Shown: in pieces, positions 60,201 to 64,000 of the stretch
How the letters are laid out: each line of letters opens with the position of its first letter
Position numbering within the stretch: the stretch's first letter is position 1
Assembly (NCBI GenBank): GCA_937899865.1
Contig: CALBRH010000025.1
Location: 44,176 to 108,175, forward strand
DNA: 64,000 nt
Source of the DNA: an uncultured euryarchaeote
Lineage (GTDB): Archaea > Thermoplasmatota > Poseidoniia > Poseidoniales > Poseidoniaceae
Direction of reading: 5' to 3'
Program-made: the position numbers and the translations under genes
Notes under the pieces: generated by a model
Databases searched by the model: none
What the model was told of the DNA's origin: nothing
The model's input: the letters and a program-made list of their open reading frames with translations, nothing else

Positions 60201-63200
60201 TGGAGCAGTCTATTTGGTAAATAATACTCAAATGGTTATGTTAAATCCAAAATACACTATTGAAAACGGTGTCTATGAAATATCTCCTGACTTGCCTGAA
60301 GGAGTCATTATAAATCCACAGACTGGTGTTATTTCAGGTACTCCAACAGAAGTAATGGATAATACTACATACACTGTTTATGGAAATAACAGCCAAGGTG
60401 GCGTATTCTTTACCTTTGAACTTCAAGTTCTTGAGGATTCAGACTTAGATGGAATGCCAAATGAACTACCAAATGATTATCCAACCAATGATGATAACTA
60501 CAACTTAATTGAAGATCTCGATGATGATAATGACGGAGCATCTGATGTAGCTGAGACAGATACTGGAATCTATGTTGATAACAATGATATGGGAACAGAC
60601 CCACTTGACCCAGATACTGATGATGATGGTATATGTGATGGTCCAAATTCAGTATTGCCAATTTGTATTGCTGGTCCTGACTCCAATCCATTTGGTACAG
60701 GTCCACTTGGCCCAACCGTACTTGTCAACAATACTGAGATGATTCCACTACCTCCTGCTAATGCAGTTCCAGGTGCTATTTGGGCGGTATCTCCTGATTT
60801 ACCTGCTGGTTTGACACTCAATGTGACAACCGGAGTAATTAGTGGTACTCCAACAGAAGCAATGGAGAATACTACTTTCACATTGTGGGCGAATACTTCT
60901 GAGCCAAGAAGTGTTGAATCTACATTCTGGCTTGAAGTCTTGGAAGATACTGATGGCGATGGTATGCCTGATGAATTGCCAGACGACTATCCTGATACTG
61001 GACTACCGCCATTTGACTTAATCGAAGATTTGGATGACGATGCTGATGGTATGCCTGATGTTGATGAAGCAACCAATGGTACTGATTCACTCAATCCAGA
61101 TACTGACGGTGATGGCTTCTGTGATGGTCCTAGTGCAGTTGATGGCGTATGTTATGCTGGTCCAGACTCACACCCACTCGACCCAGATATGCCGGTTAAC
61201 ACCGATGGAGACGCTTTCCCAGATGACGATCCTGATGGTGATGGTGGCTTGATTGCTGATGATGACGATGATAATGATGGCTACTTGGACACTGAAGAAG
61301 TTGATTGTTTGTCTGACCCACTCGACGTAAATGATGTTCCGAGTGACATGGATGGTGACGGAATTTGTGATGCACTTGATGATGACATGGATGGCGATGG
61401 TGTGCTCAACGATGAAGAAACCAATAGTGGTAATTTCGGTAATGACCTTGACTCACTAACTGATCCAGCAAACCCAGATACCGACGGTGATGGAGTTTGT
61501 GATGGTCCTGCTACACCTGATGCAAGTATTTGCGTAGCTGGACCCGATGCATTCCCAGATGACCCTGCAGCCTCTCTTGATACCGATGGCGATGGTATGC
61601 CTGACGAGTTGAACGGTGAATCTACTACAGGTTTGATTGAAGATGAGGATGATGACAATGACACTATTGATGATGTTACAGAACTGATGTGTGGCACTGA
61701 TCCGAAAGTAGTCAACGTTTTGCCAGATATTGATGGCGATGGAATTTGTGATGCAATGGATGATATTCTTGACTTGCCGTTTGAGCTGTCTTATGAAAGT
61801 CAACATCTAGACCTATTTGTAAATAAGACAATGGTCGCATTTATGCCAAATGTTACCGGACTTGGTGATGTAGCAAGTTGGGAATTAGTTGGCGATTTAC
61901 CAGAAGGCTTGACCTTTGGAATTAGTGATGCGAGAAGTGGTGGACTTGACGGAGGAATTCGTGGAACACCAGCAAATGCAACAGATGAGCCAGTTAATCT
62001 AACGATTTGGGCGAACAATTCCAATTACCAGCGTTCATTTGCCTTGATGGTGACAGTCTTTAACGACACAGATAACGATTCCTTACCTGATTCACTACCA
62101 GAAAATTACACTGGTAATCTAACAGCAGATGATGATGATGATAACGATGGATTCTTTGACCAAGATGAGATAAACTGTGGCTCAGACCCACTTGATACTT
62201 CATCAGACCCAACCAATACTGAAGGTGAAATCTGTGAAAAGTTATCAGATGGTGGTAAGGATGATGGTGAAGATGGATTAGCCTGGTGGTGTTTCCCACT
62301 ATGTTTCCTACTGCTATTGTTACTACTTGTGCCACTACTACTATTCCGTGACAGAGTAATTGGCGTAATTGATGATGCTGAGCCAGAAAATACTACTTCA
62401 AAACCTAAGTTTGCTGAAGGTGCTGGAAATAAAGACAATCCATTTGTGCTCAAACCAGCTAAGACAGTAAAGCCTGGCGATACTGTTGTCAGTAAAGAAG
62501 TCATTACAATTACCAATATCACACCTGGTTTGAAAGTCAAGTCTGTTGATTACTTTGACCGTGAAAATGGACGCAAGTTCACCATGCAAGACCAATCCGG
62601 AAGTGATGAAGGCGTAAGGATGATTGAAGCTGATGAAGAAGGCGAGATGAAGTTTAGATTGATCTTTGATGACAGTTTCGATGCAACTCTTGCTGGTGGA
62701 GAATTCCAAGGTGCAATCAAGGTTGGTCGACGCTCGGTATACTTGATGTGGGATGTTAAGGTCAAGCCAGACCCAGACTACGTCAAAGAGCAGAAGAAAC
62801 TTGAAGCAGAGCGAAAGAAGGCTGAGAAGGAAGCTGAAAAGCAAGCCGAAAAGGAAGCCAAGGAAGCAGAAGCGAAGGCCAAGAAGGAAGCCGCAGCAGC
62901 CGAAAAGGAAGCCAAGAAAGAGGCTGAGAAGAAGGCTAAGGAAGAGGCAGAAGAAGCCGCAGCAGCCAAGAAGGCAGAGGAAGCAGCATTAGCAGCAGTA
63001 GCCGCTGCCGAAGCGGAAGAGAAAGCTCAGAAGAAAGCGGAAAAGGAAGCTAAGGCCGCTGAAGCCAAGGCCAAGAAGGAAGCCGCTGCAGCCGAGAAGA
63101 AAGCCAAGAAAGAGGCAGCTGAGGCTGAGAAGAAAGCCAAGGAAGAGGCAGAAGCAGCAGCAGCCGCTGAAGCAGAAGCGAAGGCCAAGAAGGAAGCTGA

Positions 63201-64000
63201 AGAGGCTGAAAAGAAGGCTAAGGCTGAAGCAGAGAAGGCCAAGAAGGCAGCAGCCAAGAAACCTGCAACCACCAAGGAAGCCAAGAAGCAAGAGGAAATC
63301 AAGCGTGTTAAATCTCGTGCGAAGAGTATTGACTTCAAGGTGCTTGGAACTGCATCTTCGACTAAGTTGAAGAGTGAAGTAAAGAAGGGTGCTAAGACTT
63401 TGGAAGTTGCTGATGCTAAAGAATTCGCTGATTCTGGAAGTGCCGCAATTACCGATGATAAGGGTTCAACAATGATTACTTGGACTGGTAAAGATGGTAA
63501 TACTCTAACAGGTGTTGGTGGAGTTACCAGAGTCTTTGGAAAAGCATCTGTAGTTATGGTAAGAGATGATTTGCAAGTTATCAAGGGAATCGGTCCGTTT
63601 ATTGAAGAGAAATTGAATGCTCTTGGAATCACAACCTACCGACAAATTGCTAACATGACTGCTAAACTTGAAACTCAAGTCAACGAGGCAATCGAGTTCT
63701 TCCCAGGCCGTGTCAAGCGTGACCAGTGGGTTGCTCAAGCCAAGATTTTGCTTGGTGAAGATGCTAAACTTGACGAGAAAGCGCTGAAAGAGGCTGAAGA
63801 GTTAGAGAGAATCGCTCAGAAGGCTGAAACAATTGACTTCGATACACTTGGTGTTGCGACTTTCGATGAGAAAGATGACCTCCAAACTATCAAGGGAATA
63901 GGTCCTTTCATCGCTGATAAGTTGTATGCTCTTGGAATCTACACCTTTGCTCAAGTTGGCAACATGACCTCGAAGATCGAAGAAGAAGTCAACAAAGCGA
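54223..64000 (+). CDS. Giant single-pass surface protein (at least 3259 aa, 3'-truncated): propellers, Ig-like (He_PIG) domains, Ca-binding repeats, TM helix, K/A/E helix and HhH domains
   Basis: Hand translation of frame 1 shows no stop from ATG 54223 to the window end. Signal MNGSASHGKTVKSAFLVILMIIMTQVGY; TM AWWCFPLCFLLLLLLLVPLLLF at 62281-62346. It is absent from the ORF track because no stop codon is present. Confidence 0.92.
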   Translation, partial: MNGSASHGKTVKSAFLVILMIIMTQVGYLDLINSPKTGNDSLSEETSVFETAQGTSIIYGNNTQWAPSGSLETYGFSGNADIIATSDDVILLKGQNGKDSNIRCIIAYNYVNKTSWQPNVVGTSQCPGAHSFWKFIGIIDGVTLVRYDSGSSNSQNHALFGYNPNNDTFYPIASLPNTLDTVGGTAIIGRNVYMGTLQSDVTIFNYDNQTIWELNNIGSSSCNSLEYYDTGAVGDKFFGRCSNRLAIFDPATQSLYTPSSMSSVYVNNTHTTTRTAVIGNQLLFQGYDSVNGKELWVYDANNDSAWMAADIAVGSDSAWSTYGQFNPLRSGTKVLFEATDQFDDKDLWWYDSTNASVWRATNFSDPSIIFNGWSSKNYGELANGVIAIGHGNADGTNTNYYSNYISFYNPSNGTVWQEPTLYELTEQTGYAPNTNGNIKLRAVYGNTIIGTAEINTGSPVGYYYKLFAFDLTNQTRQISANLGNAQYSHYDIISTNIVTFGDHILYGLACGNNIANSCPAVGGGRQAAVAWSPGAIAVNDAWNISAGDRLDGPISGGDGRFYNSGAGVQNLTASSEGAELMVGDLMDDITFQYNASAASGSGSGSGSVSSGVSSSSSSFAYANNKLGAGFHTCAILDNGDLKCWGWDVEGQLGDGGFFVDLNSPPNTAIDLGSGRTAVAVSNGWRHTCAILDNGDLKCWGRDYHGQLGDGGSNTNLNVPSTTAIDLGTGRTAVAVSGGYQHTCAILDNGDLKCWGGDQYGQLGDGGPDWSNSNPTDTNAPSTTAIDLGTGRTAVAVSTGFHHTCAILDNGESKCWGNNGDKQLGVGAYTTHLTTPPTSAIDLGTGRTAVAISAESVNTCAILDNGEARCWGYNAYGQLGNGNNNAHDLPVSVFGNAWDSSTGLSSGSGGGSSGGMTNVTGATSCVATPSLPSGLNIDSNTCTISGTPTVESVNQTYTVTAVISGTTFQTTVWLSIIPFGTITSTVDGAELQLGEAMTPITLNYTSQAPPGSTINGNGSVWDVTSYTANVGLPSTINPGLNFHLVVGDVIYFDGQCSSASWSQCNGRELWAYDTSNQTGWLVKDIGPSYYSGNPGMYWNEVILMGDTLYFPAVSTGSWQQSKYELHAFDISNQTLWQVTNSSDPNPIWSQSHAPNREALPKVIGDTIFFEYDDGLTGDELWAHNTLNGTTWQVIDLNIGQNWNDSNPGEKLTKVVDGVLYFDAYTSSSNGYFLWAHNPSNGSTWQTSSNVAVSCTPASSVRCESTVVDGIIYFQGIESTFNSNTNGKELWAYSTLNGSAWLAADINNVGSNSNSEPGKHFMIAIGDEIYFDADGWWDDGDGFLRNVGHEVWGYSISNGSYWLAYNSRVESTTTPLGSNPGYRLSYAIGDKLYFSAADPQPYGPGLFVYDTSTHEGWKVDGIRDVKGHFNTQSVVMGDNLIMDAMPAHGYGCNAQNELMIHSQSNNTTWNLHNCAGNILGISTGDHFMVNVGDKLYFNQDDVLMGYYPQELTMNTPPPTTWETEPPLPAGMSISGGTISGTPSVYANNQTYTIYANQSGQTTTHDLYFSVDNAYPHTVVEDQPIDAIGFHPAFWDGTTTWSISPSLPNTLLQDSATGEITGTVDSPMSDTFTVTATHSSGASETFTFSIESLLDTDSDGLPDDLPPTYNPANPPTSGLIADDDDDGDGLLDSVETDTGLYINGQDTGTDPLDPDTDDDGICDGPNAVPPVCIAGPDPSPNGNTPPPTLVGVNNTDIGTLSPYLVVPGGTFEISPDLPDSLSIDPNTGEITGTPTQTLTNTTFTVWCNHTDGTSVSWDFTIEILEDSDGDGMPNELPDDYDPTNPDSPGLIEDLDDDNDGNSDVDEEAGGTDPTNPDTDGDGMCDGPVAIEPDCVAGPDAFPLDPSADTDTDGDGDPDTLTPPSTSIPPLVEDLDDDGDGIEDVNETNTGIYNGDTDTGTDPLDPDTDNDGICDGPVDVLPICVAGPDEDFGVAVDGAVYLVNNTQMVMLNPKYTIENGVYEISPDLPEGVIINPQTGVISGTPTEVMDNTTYTVYGNNSQGGVFFTFELQVLEDSDLDGMPNELPNDYPTNDDNYNLIEDLDDDNDGASDVAETDTGIYVDNNDMGTDPLDPDTDDDGICDGPNSVLPICIAGPDSNPFGTGPLGPTVLVNNTEMIPLPPANAVPGAIWAVSPDLPAGLTLNVTTGVISGTPTEAMENTTFTLWANTSEPRSVESTFWLEVLEDTDGDGMPDELPDDYPDTGLPPFDLIEDLDDDADGMPDVDEATNGTDSLNPDTDGDGFCDGPSAVDGVCYAGPDSHPLDPDMPVNTDGDAFPDDDPDGDGGLIADDDDDNDGYLDTEEVDCLSDPLDVNDVPSDMDGDGICDALDDDMDGDGVLNDEETNSGNFGNDLDSLTDPANPDTDGDGVCDGPATPDASICVAGPDAFPDDPAASLDTDGDGMPDELNGESTTGLIEDEDDDNDTIDDVTELMCGTDPKVVNVLPDIDGDGICDAMDDILDLPFELSYESQHLDLFVNKTMVAFMPNVTGLGDVASWELVGDLPEGLTFGISDARSGGLDGGIRGTPANATDEPVNLTIWANNSNYQRSFALMVTVFNDTDNDSLPDSLPENYTGNLTADDDDDNDGFFDQDEINCGSDPLDTSSDPTNTEGEICEKLSDGGKDDGEDGLAWWCFPLCFLLLLLLLVPLLLFRDRVIGVIDDAEPENTTSKPKFAEGAGNKDNPFVLKPAKTVKPGDTVVSKEVITITNITPGLKVKSVDYFDRENGRKFTMQDQSGSDEGVRMIEADEEGEMKFRLIFDDSFDATLAGGEFQGAIKVGRRSVYLMWDVKVKPDPDYVKEQKKLEAERKKAEKEAEKQAEKEAKEAEAKAKKEAAAAEKEAKKEAEKKAKEEAEEAAAAKKAEEAALAAVAAAEAEEKAQKKAEKEAKAAEAKAKKEAAAAEKKAKKEAAEAEKKAKEEAEAAAAAEAEAKAKKEAEEAEKKAKAEAEKAKKAAAKKPATTKEAKKQEEIKRVKSRAKSIDFKVLGTASSTKLKSEVKKGAKTLEVADAKEFADSGSAAITDDKGSTMITWTGKDGNTLTGVGGVTRVFGKASVVMVRDDLQVIKGIGPFIEEKLNALGITTYRQIANMTAKLETQVNEAIEFFPGRVKRDQWVAQAKILLGEDAKLDEKALKEAEELERIAQKAETIDFDTLGVATFDEKDDLQTIKGIGPFIADKLYALGIYTFAQVGNMTSKIEEEVNKA
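56101..56900 (+). repeat. Five tandem RCC1-like repeats inside the giant CDS
   Basis: Unit HTCAILDNGxxKCWGxxxxGQLG..AIDLGTGRTAVAVS. The near-identical DNA GCGATTGACCTCGGC starts at 56224, 56389, 56572 and 56737. Confidence 0.92.
59173..62230 (+). repeat. Thrombospondin type 3-like DxDxDG Ca-binding repeats alternating with Ig-like domains
   Basis: Recurring DTDGDGMPDELP, EDLDDDNDG, GTDPLDPDTDDDGICDGP..C.AGPD and SPDLPxGL..TGxISGTPT. Confidence 0.88.
62790..63270 (+). repeat. Lys/Ala/Glu low-complexity helical stalk (TolA-like or single alpha-helix)
   Basis: About 160 codons that are almost all K, A or E (for example KAEKEAEKQAEKEAKEAEAKAKKEAAAAEK). Confidence 0.88.
63562..64000 (+). repeat. 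Tandem helix-hairpin-helix domains in the cytoplasmic tail
   Basis: DDLQVIKGIGPFIEEKLNALGITTYRQIA (from 63562) and KDDLQTIKGIGPFIADKLYALGIYTFAQVG (from 63871). More copies may follow beyond the window. Confidence 0.85.

Noticed and set aside
62398-63738. Several 60-200 aa ORFs on the minus strand and in other frames over the K/A/E region
   Set aside because: They are shadows of low-complexity coding sequence on the plus strand and have no independent motifs or start signals.
1-64000. Prophage, integrative element or defence island
   Set aside because: I recognised no integrase, transposase, terminase, capsid, restriction-modification or toxin-antitoxin genes. Phage-like similarity is limited to two short inserted modules.

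Overview
A gene-dense archaeal chromosomal segment of roughly 40% GC. It is most consistent with Marine Group II Euryarchaeota (Ca. Poseidoniales); this is inferred from the archaellum cluster, the bacterial-type accessory enzymes and the many very large single-pass surface proteins. It carries housekeeping genes (cysS, ileS, nadE, trhO, trxA, bcp, nth, polX, hppA, mscS), secreted hydrolases and lipoproteins, and an archaellum locus (arlB-arlB-arlCDE-like-arlF-G-H-I-J) with no chemotaxis or prepilin peptidase gene in the window. A tightly coupled three-gene operon of unknown function lies directly upstream of the archaellins. The largest feature is missing from the supplied ORF track because it has no stop codon in the window. 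I translated it by hand: an uninterrupted frame from 54223 to beyond 64000 (at least 3259 aa). It encodes a giant membrane protein with beta-propeller cassettes inserted into Ig-like domains and Ca-binding repeats outside the cell, and a long Lys/Ala/Glu helix ending in tandem helix-hairpin-helix domains inside. I found no rRNA, tRNA, CRISPR array, integrase or transposase. All family calls are from motif recognition by eye, not from database searches.
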